Assembly: GCF_009914755.1 (NCBI RefSeq)
Contig: NC_060939.1
Strand: one strand, 5' to 3'
Origin: the human T2T-CHM13v2.0 reference genome, Homo sapiens
DNA length: 64,000 nucleotides
The notes under the pieces are model-generated. The model was not told where the DNA came from. It saw only the letters and a program-made list of their open reading frames with translations, and ran no database searches. Of this stretch, positions 1-14,792 are shown piece by piece (positions within the stretch are counted from its first letter, which is position 1; each line of letters starts with the position of its first letter). A program made the translations under genes and the position numbers.

Positions 1-1789
1 TTAATGGAAAATTAAGAGAATAATAAGGGCCAATAAAGCAAATTATATTGAAGTGATTTAATAAATATGTTTAATAATTTAGCACTACTACCACATAAAG
101 TTTAGCTAACTGCTAAGCTTGTGAAATTAAGAAAAGGTGCTGCTGAGGAGGTTGAAAGGTTTTTTGGTTGGCGAGCCATGTCAAAATGAAATACAGACCC
201 AGGCAGGTGACGCTTGTTAACCTCATTTCCCAGGGCATTTAAGAGAGCTCACAGGGTTACTCATATACTGCCAAGTCTCTTTTTAAACTCACCTCTCTCT
301 GAACCTTAAGAAAACTTAAGGAGAAAGGAGACATGCCCCAGCAAGGAAGGAGAGGGAGACGGCTTCACTTTAACTGCCATCTTCTATAATAAATCTATTT
401 CATTATCTTGTTGTGATCACCTTCAGTTGCTCATGCCTGCTTTAACAAACCATAAACCAATGCCATTACTGGTAAAATTTAACTTCTTTAACCCAGTCAG
501 TTCTCTTGTTTGCCCTACTAAGCAGAATAGTCCTCAGACACCCTGAGATAATGGCTCACAGAGAACACTCTGTCCCCAGCACTTGATGGTCAACAGGTCC
601 TGAATTCAGTTGACTGGGTGGACTATATTCACATCGCTGAGCAGTGGTTTATAACACATGCAGGAATGTGAAGAAACAGCCAAATGGGTCAGACAGAGTA
701 GGTCAGGGGAAAAGGGCAGAACAAAATTCTGAACATAAAGTGTCTCGTTGATTCTATTCCTAACTTATCCCTACCCAGTCCATTTTCACAATTAGCCAAT
801 AGATGCAACATGTAAGCCCTAAATTCCTTTCCCATTGTTATAAAACGGGGATTCCTGTTTTTTTAATGAACATTCTCAGAAGAGAATTTCTTCAGAGGAA
901 ATAGCTTCTAAGAATGCAGCTCTTCAGTCCCCATGTGGCTCCAAAAGCATAACACATTATCTGTGCTTTGGTTTTACCCATTTGGAAACAACGAGGAAGT
1001 TGAACTATGTGATTTCAGAAATTCTTTTTTTTTCTAAATTTCTGTCATTATAAGGACAATCCGCATGTTAGCAATCCATGAAGTAGAGGAATAGTGTATG
1101 TGTTGCAGGTGAGAAGGGAAAAAATGTATAAGAGAAAAGAATGTCACATCACTCATATAAAGCCTGAAGGTGTAATTTAAAGAAAAACAGTTCATAGAAA
1201 CAGAAAAAGCCAAAATTCCTTATATTCACTAACTCAAAACTATATTGAGTGAATTATAAAAGGTAAGGCAATCTTTTTTTTTCCTTCAGTTGTCTAGACT
1301 GAAGAACCTCATTTAACATATCTCAAAGGCATTTTGTTGATTTGAAGCACAGTGACAGTTGGATTTACTGCATACTCTCTTTAATTAGGATGGGAGACAG
1401 CTATTGATGTTCAACTTTTTGAAACCCAGAAGTTAGAAACATGAATTTATACAACTGATACCTCTAGCATAACATTCATGCAAATCTGAATAGGATAAAG
1501 AAAATGCCATAGTCTGTCTGAAAATTGTCATGTAAGTTCTTGGAGTTTCTCCTTAAGAGGCATTTTAAAACGAAACAAAAAACAGGGTAGTATGGTTAGA
1601 GCTGGGCACATTTGTTTCCGGTAGAGAGGACCGTGTATTCTTTTACTTCTGACAACAAACCACAGTATTCATGCTGACACCACAGGCTTATGAAGTGATT
1701 TAGGGCATTTCCAGGAAAGTACCCTACTTCTAGATTCACTAGGGAATTTTTGCTGAATTCTCAGTCATATATTTTAAGTTGAAGTAGAC

Positions 1790-2800
1790 CCTATAAGATG
1801 AAAAGATTCCGGTCAAGTGGAAGATTTGAAGGAAAATGATGTTTTAAAAAGAAAACATAAAAAAAGCAAGAGCCCAGATAAGATTGTGAGAAGTTGCTTG
1901 AAGCAATTCCCTGGTGGAAAGCCAGCTTGAAGGATGATACGCCAGTGTCATGATCATATTTGGGTTTATTACACCAGTTAGGAGGATGAAGGGGGGAAAC
2001 AGGAAATAGGAACACAATGTGTAGATGATTACAGTAGGCTAGAGGAGAAAAATTCAGAATCTGGAAGTGAAGAGGAAAAGGCAGGTGGATAAAACATTTC
2101 AGAGATATCACCAATCATATTTGGTATGGAAGTAAATATGGAGGGAAGAAAACAGAAGTCAAAGATGACTTTCACATTTCTGCCTTAAACAATTGTAGGC
2201 CATTAACCAAATCAGAGGAAATAAGAAGATAAATAAATTAAGAATAGTAATAAGTTGTGCTTTGATATGCTACAGCTGAAGTATGTATGAGCCATCAAAG
2301 TGGAAGTTTACTAGGTACTTGGAAATATAGACATGATTCTCAGGCATGCTGTTAAGAATGTTGATAATAGATTTGGGGCCCTTAGCATATGGGTGATAAT
2401 TGAAGCCATGGGCATGAATTTAATTGCTCAAGGGGAGTACAGAGTAAAAAGAAAAGAAGACTGAAAAAGGAGAATTGAAGGACACTAATATTTCAGGGAT
2501 ATACAGAGGAGGAAAGTTAACAGAAGACAGACAAATCACAGGCAGTTAGAGAAGCAGGGAAGGACCTTGGGAAACAGAGCAAACAACAGTATGAATGAAG
2601 GCTAAGATAAATAAGGTCCTTGAAATTAAGAAATCATTGGTGACCATATGGAAACACGTCAGTGGCATATCTGTAACAGAAGCAAGCCACATTGCAGAGA
2701 ACTAATGAATGTTTAGGAGAAAAGGATGTGGAGTCAACAAGTCTGACACTGTTGTAAGCAGTCTGAAGATCAAAAGAAGGAAGGATATTGGCTAGATGTC
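1790..2800 (-). mobile_element. Degenerate L2 LINE fragment (approximate bounds)
   Basis: Purine-rich tract with L2-like words such as gataattgaagccatgggcatgaat and ggaaatatagacatgattctcagg. Confidence 0.55.
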
Positions 2801-4031
2801 AATGAGAATGTAGTTCCAAATAAGTTTGGCTTCTCTTTCATTGTCTGTTGTTTATTTTAACATAAATGTTACTTGAGCATATTTATAGGATGGGGTAATA
2901 AAATTAATGGTAGAGGGAATGAAAAGGGAAAGAGATAATTGATGGAACAAAATCCGAAAGAAGGAACCAAGAGTGCAAGTTAAACAGCATTTTTCTTGGA
3001 AATAAGGCTTTTTCATGGAACTAGAGGTGAAATTTTTATTTATTAATGTTTTAATGCAAAAATATTGGAGAGTATGAAACCTACCAGAATAATGATTAAA
3101 TTTTGGCCCCTGGTGAGATGGCCAGGAAGTTACCTTCCTTCCTGATTTGCACTTCTTTACAGAAAATAACCGATAACACTGATGAGCTGAACACAGGAAA
3201 GATAGCTTTGTAGCTCGTAGGAAATGAAGGAAATGAGATAGTAATAAAGACTGTGAAGAAGAAATAAAATTCACACTAAAGATCTTTAATTTCTTCCATG
3301 CAAAGTCTATTTTTCAAGAGTTTATATTGAGCTATCTGAAGAGTTTAAATGACTTTTAAATGACTTTGCAACTCATTGCTTGTAACTCTAGCAAGAGCTT
3401 GAGGGTCAGTTTAACAATTGCTGCTGTAAGAGAATATATAACATGTATTTTCTTTAGACCTCTAGGGAAATAATCTTTTCTGGAAAACAAACAAACATGC
3501 AGTGTGGGTATGGTAACCATTCTTCTGAACCAAACAAATAGCAGGGAAACACCTGACATGGTCTGGCAATGAGATAGATATTTGAAATCAGGATTAACTT
3601 GATAACTCTGGAATATATGGTTTCTAAGGAATGAAAGATTTCAAGGGCAAAATATCCTATTCATAGTTAATGCAAGGTATCAGTCCAAGGAGATGAAGAT
3701 GATATAGGACTGCTTCTGTGAGGGAATTTTTATGCTTCTGTCTATCCTCACTTCCTTCCTCAACATGTGGTGAATGCCCATGCATGCAGGACACTGGAAC
3801 AGATACCCAGGATAGAAAAGTATGAACAAGTTCTATGGAAGAGGTAGATTTATAAGAGAGCATTTAGAGAGAACACTGCATACACAGTTATAGTAAAGAG
3901 CATAGTCAGTGTAGAGGCTAGATCTACTAACTGCCTAGGGCTAGCTACACTTGAGCGAAAATTTGCAAAAGGAGATAAGTGAATTATCTTTTAAAGAAAA
4001 AGGAAAAGTAAGCCTTAAGGAAAATAACTTA

Positions 4032-4444
<413 letters not shown>

Positions 4445-6065
4445 TCAATGGTATAAAATACCTCAATGGTGTAAAACTCAGTTAATACCTATGTGGGATT
4501 ATAGTTTATTCTGATCATCTGAACCATACTTTGGCAGCCTAGATTTTGAAATTCCCAAGCCCTTCGTAGAGTGGGGAATTAAATCTGTCTTGAAAACTTT
4601 ATTTTAAATTCAGAATTTGACTCAAAATCCTTAAATTTTCATTGTGTATATTCCTCATTACATAGAAACTTTATTTTTTTAGCCAGCCAACCAATTAAGT
4701 TGTTCATACACATGCTAATTGAGTTTCTACTTTAGAATACACTGTGACTTATGAATATTCGAAATTTTTCTGTTCTTTCCCTCTTAATTTTTGCTTTTAA
4801 CAATAACTCTAAATAACAATACAAAAAGATTCAAGATAATTTTGATGTTATACTACTTATATAACTAGGATAAGGTTTAAACCTTTGAAAAAATATTAGA
4901 TTGCCTTTTACCTTTACAAGGTACCCAATAATTTTAAAAATATGCTATTGATAATTCAGGCAATGAGCTCTCAGCTCCCAATCTATTATTTCTTAAAATT
5001 TTACAAAATTTGTAGGAGTAAGAAAAATGTCCTCAATTTGGACACATAGAGTAATGCAGAAGAACTCAAAAACTGGTAGTTTTGCTACCTAAAGAGATTG
5101 TTTTATTATTAGATGAGTATGATAATTATGTCCATTATGCTCATTATTGAAAAAGATCTGCAATTTGAAGAGCCATGTACACTGGCCTCAGAATTGCTTT
5201 GCCTGTTTTAATGGTATGATTCAGATCATGTAAACGTTAAATACTTAACTGAAACTAAAACTTTTCCTTTTGTGGGAGGGACTGGTTACATAACAGAGAC
5301 ATTCCGTCTGCACCTGCTTAGAAACATACCTATGTATCCAGAAATTAAAACTGTCATCCAATGTTCAAATCGCTGTAGTCTGGCAGTTTTAGGTTGTCAA
5401 CTAATAATTATTTGATGAGAAATATCTATTCACCAAATACCTAAGGTGGACTAAAATAATTCTATAAGAAAATAGCATAATTTTGTGCAAGTGACCTATG
5501 TAGCCATTTCTGTATGACCTTGAAGGCCTTATCTGGTGATAATCCTACCTCAATGTGAACAAATTACCTCAGTGTGTATATTAAACTAATATGGAAACCA
5601 AAACACATTTTAAATAAGAAGCAACCCCCATTTCCTGAAGGAAATACTGCTTTCAGAGCGATTCCCTTGGAGGTGGTAGAGGTATGGGTGGGGAACTACC
5701 ACCCATGTGAGCAGGAAGTGGAGAGCCTGAAGAAAGCCACATGGCAGAACTTATCTCTCATTCCCTCTTCCCCAACATTTTTATCAAATGAAATCAAGGT
5801 AAAATTGTTATTAGCACAATAACAAGAAAATATCATTTAAAAAAATTCAGCCTGCATGATTCCTTAGGATTGGAGTGGAAAATCCACATATGTTTTCTTG
5901 GTTAGGGGTTAGGGAGTTATAGTTTGTTAGGCAAATTGTGATTAAATTCATTATCCATATTTTAAGTCTTTTTAAAATAAGTATGTACTATCTAATTGTC
6001 TTTCTGAATTACTTCCCTGCAACTGGTTTTAGCTGAATAGAACTCTAGAAAGTATGAAGCTCACA

Positions 6066-6153
6066 GATATGTTAATTTTCTCACTCTTATAGAAGTCTCT
6101 ATCTGTTATGATATGTTAATTTTCTCACTCTTATAGAAGTCTCTATCTGTTAT
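6066..6153. repeat. Perfect 44-bp tandem duplication
   Basis: gatatgttaattttctcactcttatagaagtctctatctgttat occurs at 6066-6109 and again at 6110-6153. Confidence 0.97.
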
Positions 6154-7425
6154 GGTAGCCTGTGTGTCTGGACAAGAGCTGTCACCATAACTGATTACTG
6201 AGACAGAAGAAAAAAGATACAAGGAATCCAGAAAAATCACATTGCCTCTGATAGAGGGCAGAAGCTAACCAATCCTGAAAGTTAGGCGGACTTGAGTTAA
6301 AACTGATATAAAGGATTGGTTTGATATAATTAATAAAGTCTCAAATGCCAAATGCAATATTTGATTTTCATTCCAATGTTTTTAGTCACATCAGGACAAC
6401 TTAGAGCTACCCAGCTGCAGAGATATGTAAATAATTCTTCTTCCTAACAGTTCCTTAGTATCAGAAAATAGTCTTGGAGGATTATAGGACTTATGTCCAA
6501 TGCACCCTCATAGGGATACTTCTTGGTTCTGTATCGGCTCCCAGGAGTTTAAACTGATATTAGGTCCTATATTTAGTTGGCATTCTTAGATTCTCTTACT
6601 TATACTAAGTCATGCTTTAATTTGTTTTACTCCCCAAACTTGGCTTTATCCTGTCCTCTTCTTTTCAATAGTAGATCAGCTTGGGCAAGAACTAATGATA
6701 TTAATGGTAGGAAACTAAATTTCTAAAGGTAGAAAGAAAGAGTCACGTTCCAATTTCAGAGAATATTTCAGATTGCTATTTACGTGAATTTCTCTCTGCT
6801 TGATACAATAGACCTATTATCCTGAACTTTCAGCTGTAAATTAGCAACCAGGAAGAAAAGTCAGGACTATCGTCTCCAGAAAAACATGGGCGTGCTTGGA
6901 TACCTTGTCTATCCTATTACTCTTAATTCCAAAGTTGGGGAAATATGAAAACACCTTTAAATAATGCACAACACAATATTCAAAAGTTAATTTTTAACAA
7001 CTTTTATTCTTAATGTGCCTATTTATTTACAGGGATATTAAAGATTTAAATAAATTTTGAAGCAACACATATATTCAGCTGAAGTATAACAGGTTTTCTA
7101 AATTACGGAATTATCATGTTCTGGAGGATATTTTTGTCATGCCTTGCATCTCATTGCTATAACCAACAAAGGCTTTGTTATCTAGCTGTTACTTGTATGC
7201 ATGCCCTGCATTTCAAACAATTTTTTGTATATGAGAACCCCTTGGTTTCTTTAAAGTTTCCTAAATGTTTAGATTTGATTTCAAAGACCAAAAAAAAAAA
7301 AAAAGAAGAGAAAAAAGCTTACATGTTGTTTGAAGTTACCATATAATAATCAAAATGCTTGTAAGCAAAACAGAGGCATGCTTTCTCAAAACTCCAAAGT
7401 AATATTGTTTATGGTCTCTCTGCAG

Positions 7426-7514
7426 CTAGATTCTGAAGCTAGTACTATTCTAAAAGAACTTCAGGTTAAGCTCAGTGGGGTCCTGGATGAGCTCAGCGTC
7501 ACTTATGGTGAAAG
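7426..7514 (+). CDS. UNC13C: UNC13C coding exon A (89 bp, phase 0 to 2): [29 protein letters not shown](S)
   Basis: Acceptor ggtctctctgcag| at 7425 and donor AG|gtaagt at 7515. The peptide matches the Munc13 MUN region. The split codon AG+T (Ser) joins exon B in frame. Confidence 0.95.
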
Positions 7515-8326
7515 GTAAGTGGCCTCTGTTGTCATTATCTAAATTAGATAATTAGGTGTCAGTTCATGATATTCTTGCCTTCAATGCTGTTTCCTCTGAC
7601 TGACTAAATCTACTTAACTTCAAGACCCAATCTAAATGTCATTTTCTCTGAAACATCTGTTATGACCCCACAATCTAATAGTGCTATCTTGCTATGCACT
7701 CCCTAGAACTCTGTGCATCCTTCGGTCGGATAACACCTATAACACTATCCTCAGAGTTTTGTTTTACCTGTCTATTTCCCACACTCAGGACAGAAACCAT
7801 ATCTCACACCTATATGCAGTTCTAGTGTTTAGAGCTGGGTGACTGGCTATTGAAAGACTAAAGACAGGGAGGGAAGAAAAGAGAAAAACTTCACATATAT
7901 AAGAAGTATGAGTTGTATTCATACCATGCATATCAGTGTGGTTGCCGTCAGTATAGCTGGATCAACAACCCTATACCAAATTGTCAGGATTCTTGGTTTT
8001 AGGGCCTAGCAATCTGAATACAACTACCCCATGGGAAGGAGTTTGGAAACTATTGATATATCTATATATTTTAAATGTTTGTTAAAACTGGCTTTATCTG
8101 TGATATGAATCTAAAGAAAGATAAGTTCACCCTAGTTAAATTTCACTTCAGTTCTGTAGGAAAAATCTATCACCTCATCAAAATGTTAAAATAGCTAGGA
8201 AAGAAAATATATTTTTGAAGAGGTTCATTAATATAGAATTTGCTTTAAATATTAGTTAAATAACTGATGTATTATTTTAAACTATGTGTTCAATTTTCAA
8301 AAGAGACTATAAAGATTGCTCTTCAG

Positions 8327-8641
<315 letters not shown>

Positions 8642-11600
8642 GATTGCTCTCTTCAGGTAGGGACTATCTCTGGCCACCACTCATCACCTGTTGTTGTGTT
8701 TTAGAAAGATCCACTATTAATAAACATTTATCAATTAGTTATGCCATTTTTTAAATAAGAAAGACAAAAGACTCTGAAAGCATCATATTTTTCTTCTTAG
8801 ATGTAGGAATAAAGCAGAGTGAAGAATAATCTCCCACTTAGCCTTCTCTTCATTATCAGAGGTGTGTCTGTAACTTCCTTAAGCAAGGTGGCCTTGTCTT
8901 CATGGAACTCACCTTCAGGGCTCAGCTGCTGAGCCAGAGCAGCCTTGCTGTGTTGAGCCAAGGGTAGTCATTCTGCCTCTGCAGTGTTGTTAGCTGATTG
9001 GATGATCCTGCCTACTTCACCGGGATGTTAGTCAGCAATTTCAAGGTTCTGTTTACCTGAAGTTGGAGAAACATAGATTGTTCCAGAGATGTAGGGTTCA
9101 TTGGCTCTGACTTGGGGTGACACTGAGAGATGAAGAGGCCTTTGCTGAGCCATTTCAGGTGTGTCTCTCTTTGTTCTAGTTGCAAATTAACATGGGGTTA
9201 GCAGAAAGACTGTTGCCTTCAGTCACAGAGGCAACATTAGAGATTATTTAGCAAAGTTAGGGGGAGGAAAAAAAAGAGGTCAGGAATAGCTAGAGTTGTT
9301 CAGAACTTTATGGAAAATAAGATGACTAAACAGAGTAGAAACTAGAATATAAGTAAAGTATATTTAAATTATTTTCTGTAAAATATCTAAATCATTCTGA
9401 TGATAAGTGCTTTTTGTTTTGTTTGGGGAGGTGGAATATTCAGGTTATAAAGGCTAGAATATGTTTTCTGATTCGAAAGATATCTGGATAAACCACAGTT
9501 ATGAAAGAAGGAGTAGTATCCTTAGGAGGACACTTGAAGAGCTTTATTTGTATGAAGCCAGCTATTTTAGCCTAAACAGTAAAACCTGCGGCTACCCAGA
9601 ATCCATTTATTATTGATTTTTTAAATATAGGAAAGAATTTAGTACTCTGTTCAATTAGGGTTTATTAGGACTATTGGAATAAATGGGCTACATGTCATGC
9701 TTTCCTAATAAAAAATATAATTATTATATCCTTGTTGCTATGTTGCTGTGGCTTTATTCCTCACACTACCAATCAGGTCTATATTATACTGTCAGGGTAG
9801 AAAAGTCTACAGTAATCAATGTGATCATGCTGTGAAGTCACAATGCACAATTTTAGTCTGAACCTACTCTTCTTAAGGTCTAAATTGGCAGTGTAGAGTT
9901 TTAGAATTAAGTGCATAATTAATTGTAAAAAATCCACTTGATTTTATGTTATTAAAACTCATAATTAAATAATTCTACTATATGCAGCTGTTAGGATGTC
10001 TTTGCTGTAAAGTCAGAGCTGAGCCAAACCACACATTTGTGGAATCCTGACATGCTCACAGGGCACCTACCTGGGAACTGAGACTAAGTGATATAACCTC
10101 AACAATAACTTGAAGATGGTCTTAAAACTTTCAAAAGGTGTGCCACTAGGGTTTCTGCTTACACATGTTTTGCAGTTTGGTTTTTGGTTTGCTCCTTTTT
10201 TTTTTTTTTCTTATTAACCAACACCTTTAGTACTAGAGGCTGGCTAGATTAAGTAAACAAAAAAATTCAGGAATATTTCGTAGGCATTATTTTGTGAGTG
10301 TGTGGCTCCTTGGGTGCTCCGAAAATCTTTAATTATTTACTGGCACTACTTTTATTCAAACCAGTTAATACAGGCTTTTTTTAAACCTTTTCTTTTTCTA
10401 TTTTTCTTTTTCTAGTCTATTCTTTTTCTATTTTTTCACGTAATAGGAGCATAAATAAATTTCACATAATAGGAACATAACTGTCACACCCCTTGTCCAG
10501 TCTGTCCCCCCACCCCAATGCTCTAATTTGAAAATTAGTGCAAAAGAAAATCAGTGCAAAATCAGTCTATCTCCTCACCCCAATGCACTGATTCGAAAAT
10601 CAGTGCAAAAGAAAGTAGTCATTTCAAAGGTGATTTTGACTACAGCCAGCAGGATCATGGATGACCCCGTGGTAAATCAACTAGTTCAAAATATTTTCAG
10701 CATGATTTGCCTTCCTCTTCTATTGCCCCAAGTATCTACTACCTTTACTTTGATTCAATACACACTCCACCACAAACAACATCCCCTTCATCATTTTCCC
10801 CACCATCTCTTGCAACCTCTACCTGACAAAAGTGCAAAGGCAGCTTCAGCCAGATAAAAGTGAAATAATCAAGGATTTAGACTCTCTTGGATGACAGCTT
10901 GGAAGAGAATGTTCCTTTAAAGCAGATAAATATGCAGAGAGCCAAGAAATGAGACAAATTCAAAGGGGCCAGCTGAGATGCAAGGATCAAGGAACCAAAT
11001 GTAAATGCCAAGCCCAGAGGGGCAAGAATGGTGTTGTCAACAGTAAAGAAATCCAAGAATTCAGGAGCCAAAAATGGAGACAGATCAAACCTGATGGTAG
11101 AAGTGGAATCAGGCCTTAAATATGTACACAAAATTATGAACAAGTGTATGTATAACCCTGCTATTAAAGGCCCAGAAGCAAGAAAAACATCCAAGTTGTG
11201 ATAATTTAACATTTATTAAAATTTTTCCATATTAAGCATGGAAATATGTATATGGAAAACCAAATATGGAAAACCAAAAACTAGAAAAATGAAATACTTA
11301 ACAAGATGTCAACTAAAATATTTCCATAATGTAAATGCTAAAATACAAGTTCTCATATTTGCTCTAAGAACAAAACACTGTGCCTGTTCTGTTCATTGAT
11401 ATATCTTCAGCACCTAGAACAGTGATTGGCACATAATAGTTTAGTAAATATGTGGAGAATGTATGCATGAATAAATAAATGTGTATACTTTATTTAATAA
11501 AAGCATTATATAGTGAACATTCCTAAACTTCTACTTAAAATCTGAGGAATTTATGCACTTAGATACTTCTCAAATACTAACTGTATCATCATTGTGTGTG

Positions 11601-11998
11601 GAGGAGGAGAGGAGTGGGAATGACTTGACTGCAATACTAAAATGAATTCCCTCCTTCTCCTCATTACCATTCCAATCATTTGACCATTTTCCAAGCTTTC
11701 ATTGATCTTCATTCTCCTAAGTAGTTTTTCTTGCCTGCCCACACATTTGTTATTATTACTCCTATTGCTGGAAACATGAGAATAGCAGACAATATAGAGG
11801 AATGGTGGTGATGCTAACAGTCTCCAAGATTTGAATATCTTACTACTTGCCATGCTTACTTAGGTAAGAACCATCAAAACTGGTGTAGGGGATATACAGA
11901 ATGAAAAAAGCAATACGAAATATTGCTCTTCGTGACATTTAAATCCTTAGAGTGGGTGAGGCAATAGAGGTAGGTGGAAGGAGATGGTCCATTGATGC

Positions 11999-13500
11999 AT
12001 TCAACACATATTTCCTTTTTAATAGCTTTATTGAGCTATAATTACCATGTAAAAATTATGTATATTTAAGGTATACAACTTTGTTTTGATATACATATCC
12101 ATTATAAAATGATGGCCACATTCCAGATAATTGACGTATCTATCACCTTCATGGAGTTGCCATTTGTGTGTTTGTCTGTGTGCATGTGTGTGTACTGAGA
12201 ACATTAAGATCTGTCCTCTTAGCAAATTTCAAGTATATAATGCAGCAGTTTTAACTACTGTCCCAATATTTCCTGCATAACCTCTTTGTGCCAAGCATGG
12301 CATCCTGTGCCATGGTATGGGCATGCAGCACTAAACAAAACAAAATTCCTGCTCTCATGGGGCTTACATTATAGGGAGGGAAACAGGCAATAAGCAAATA
12401 AATTAAATTATGCAGTGCGTCATATAATGAAGAATGCCATTGAGAAAAAAAGAACAATAAGGGAACAGAGATGGATAGGAATGCCATTTCAGCTTGAGTG
12501 AACAAGGAAGATTTCTCTGAAGTGATATTTGATATATGCCTGAAATTAACGAGGGACCAAGAGAGCCATGAGAATTTCCTTCCATGGCAGAGGGAATATA
12601 ACAGTGGCCATGAGATAAGAGTGTCCTCAGAGAATTCTAAGAACACCAGGAGGTCTATTGTGGCTGGTGCAATGAAACAGAAGGAAGAGTGGCAAGAAAT
12701 GAGATCAGTGAGATTGCCAGCGCCAGATTATGCTGGGCTTTCAGTCTGTCAAATACAACTAGAGTTTTTTCTAAGTGGAGTTGGAAGCTATTGAAGATTT
12801 TTAGCAAAGGAGGAACATGATCTGGTTTTTATTTTAAAAGGCTATCTGTAGAGGGTTGAACAGAAGCAATTTAGGAAATTATTGCACAGGTTCAAGTGGG
12901 AGGATGGTAAAGGGGTCTATAGTGGCATTTTCGGAAGTAATAATAAATCCTCAGATTTAGGATACATTTCGCTGACAGGTTGGATGTTGAGTATGAGAAA
13001 CTCATCAGACTTTGAAGTGGAAAGATTGCATGGGCAGTTAAATAAAATAGTCTGGAGTTTGGGTTAGAAGTCAGGTCTGCAGATGTGAATTTGAGAACCA
13101 CCAGTATATAGATGCTATGGAAGCCATGGGACTAGATGTGATTGCCAAGAAAGTGACTGCTGATGGAGAAGTGAAGTGGTCCAAGGATGAAGCCCAGAGG
13201 ATCACAGTGTAGGATTTCCAAACAAAATACAGAACACCCTCAGTTAAACTTGAATTTTAGATACATAAGGAATAATTTTTAGTATAATTGTGTTACAGAT
13301 ATTACATGGCCATGTTTGTACTAAAACTATTCACTGTCTGAAATTCAAATTTAACTCAGTGTCCAGTGCTTTCATTTGATAAATATGGCAACCTTACTCC
13401 AATGGTTAGAGGTCAGGCAGTTGAGAAGGAGCAGCCTGTGAGGTCAGAGGAAAGCCGAGAAGGTGTGGAGTCACAGAATCCAAATGAAGAAGGTGTATCC
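11999..13500 (-). mobile_element. L2 LINE, interrupted by an old L1M 3' fragment (~12015-12265, minus strand) and by MER53
   Basis: cattcaacacatattt L2 3' end, typical L2 body (gcttacattatagggaggg, gaagccatgggactagatgtgattgcc), and an L1M 3' end tttaatagctttattgag... Confidence 0.7.
13210..13396. mobile_element. MER53-like palindromic hAT MITE
   Basis: Internal inverted arms cagttaaacttgaattttaga and tctgaaattcaaatttaactca. Right terminus atggcaacctta. Confidence 0.8.
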
Positions 13501-13506
13501 AGATGC

Positions 13507-14483
13507 CAAGAGTGTTTCTTTTTTTTTTTTTAACAACAAATTTTATTGAAATATAATTCACATACCATAAAATTCTCCCATTTCAAATACGCAGGTGAGT
13601 GGTTTCTAGCATATTCACGGAATTGTGCAACTCTCAGCAAAATCTAACTTTAGAACACTGATATCACCACAAAAAAGAAACCCTATACCCATTAGCAATA
13701 AGTCCCATTCCACTCTCCTTTCCAGCCCTAGGAAACCACTAATCTCCTTTCTGTCTCTATGGATTTGCTTATTCTGGATATTTTATATAAATTGAGTCAT
13801 ACAATATGTGGTCTTTTGTGACTGGCTTCTTTACTTAACACAATGCTTTTAAGCATATGGTTGATTTATATGGTGGCAGTGGCAGTACTTCATTTTTCTT
13901 GTAAATTTATGTTATGTTCAGGGGTATATGTGCAGGTTTGTTACATAGGTAAACTTGTGTCACAGGGGTTTGTTATACACATTATAATACATCATCCAGG
14001 TATTAAGCCTACTACCCATTAGTTGTTTTTCCTGATCCTCTCCCTCTTCCCACCCTCTGCCCTCCAATAGACCCCACTGTGAGTTGTTCCCCTCCACGTG
14101 TCCATGCGTTCTCATCATTTAGCTCCATTGTGGAAGACAGTGTGGCAATTCCTCAAAGACCTAAAGACAGAAATACCATTTGACCCAGGAATCCCATTAC
14201 TGGGTATATACTCAAAGGAATATAAATCATTCTACCATAAAGACACATGCATGCATATGCTCATTGCAACACTATTCACAATAGCAAAGTAAGGCATCAA
14301 CCTAAATGCCCATCAACCCTAGACTGGATAAAGAAACTATGGTACATATACACCATGAAATACTATTCAGCCAAAAAAAGGAACAACATCATGTCCTTTG
14401 CAGGGACATGGATGGAGTTGGAGGCCGTTATCATTAGCAAACTAACACATGAACAGAAAACCAAATACTGCAAGAGTCTTTTT
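13507..14483 (-). mobile_element. Composite L1 insertion: T13 tail + old L1M 3' segment + L1PA 3' UTR (minus) + inverted L1 segment (plus), bounded by a candidate TSD
   Basis: T run 13519-13531; L1M-like 13532-13895; L1PA 3' end on minus ~13895-14127; L1 ORF2 end on plus ~14128-14472. Flanks caagagtgtttct (13507) and caagagtcttttt (14471). Confidence 0.75.
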
Positions 14484-14792
14484 AGAGCAGTCATTTTCCC
14501 AAACCGTGCTCAGAGGAACATCTCAACTGTGACTATCAGAGGTGGGGACTGAATGAACCTCCACTCAAATTAATTCAACCTGAAGAACAGCACTTTTATC
14601 TGCCTTACTTATAAGTATTACACGTAAGCTTTCATTGGAACAAAAATTTTTGCAGTTAAACATTGAATTCGAAAACTCATGAGCAGGGGAATTCACACCA
14701 GTTGAAACAGATCAAAATCCTCAGGGTGAAATTGGAACAGGCTCAGGCAAAATGTATTCTTATATTTTAGAATTTATATTCTTTATTTTTAG

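Noticed and set aside
10140-11220. Possible minus-strand processed pseudogene (T run near 10195, ORFs 10528-10857 and 10877-11212, ~35-bp imperfect direct repeat at 10513/10578)
   Set aside because: No recognisable protein and no TSD found. A BLASTN search against mRNAs would be needed to support it.
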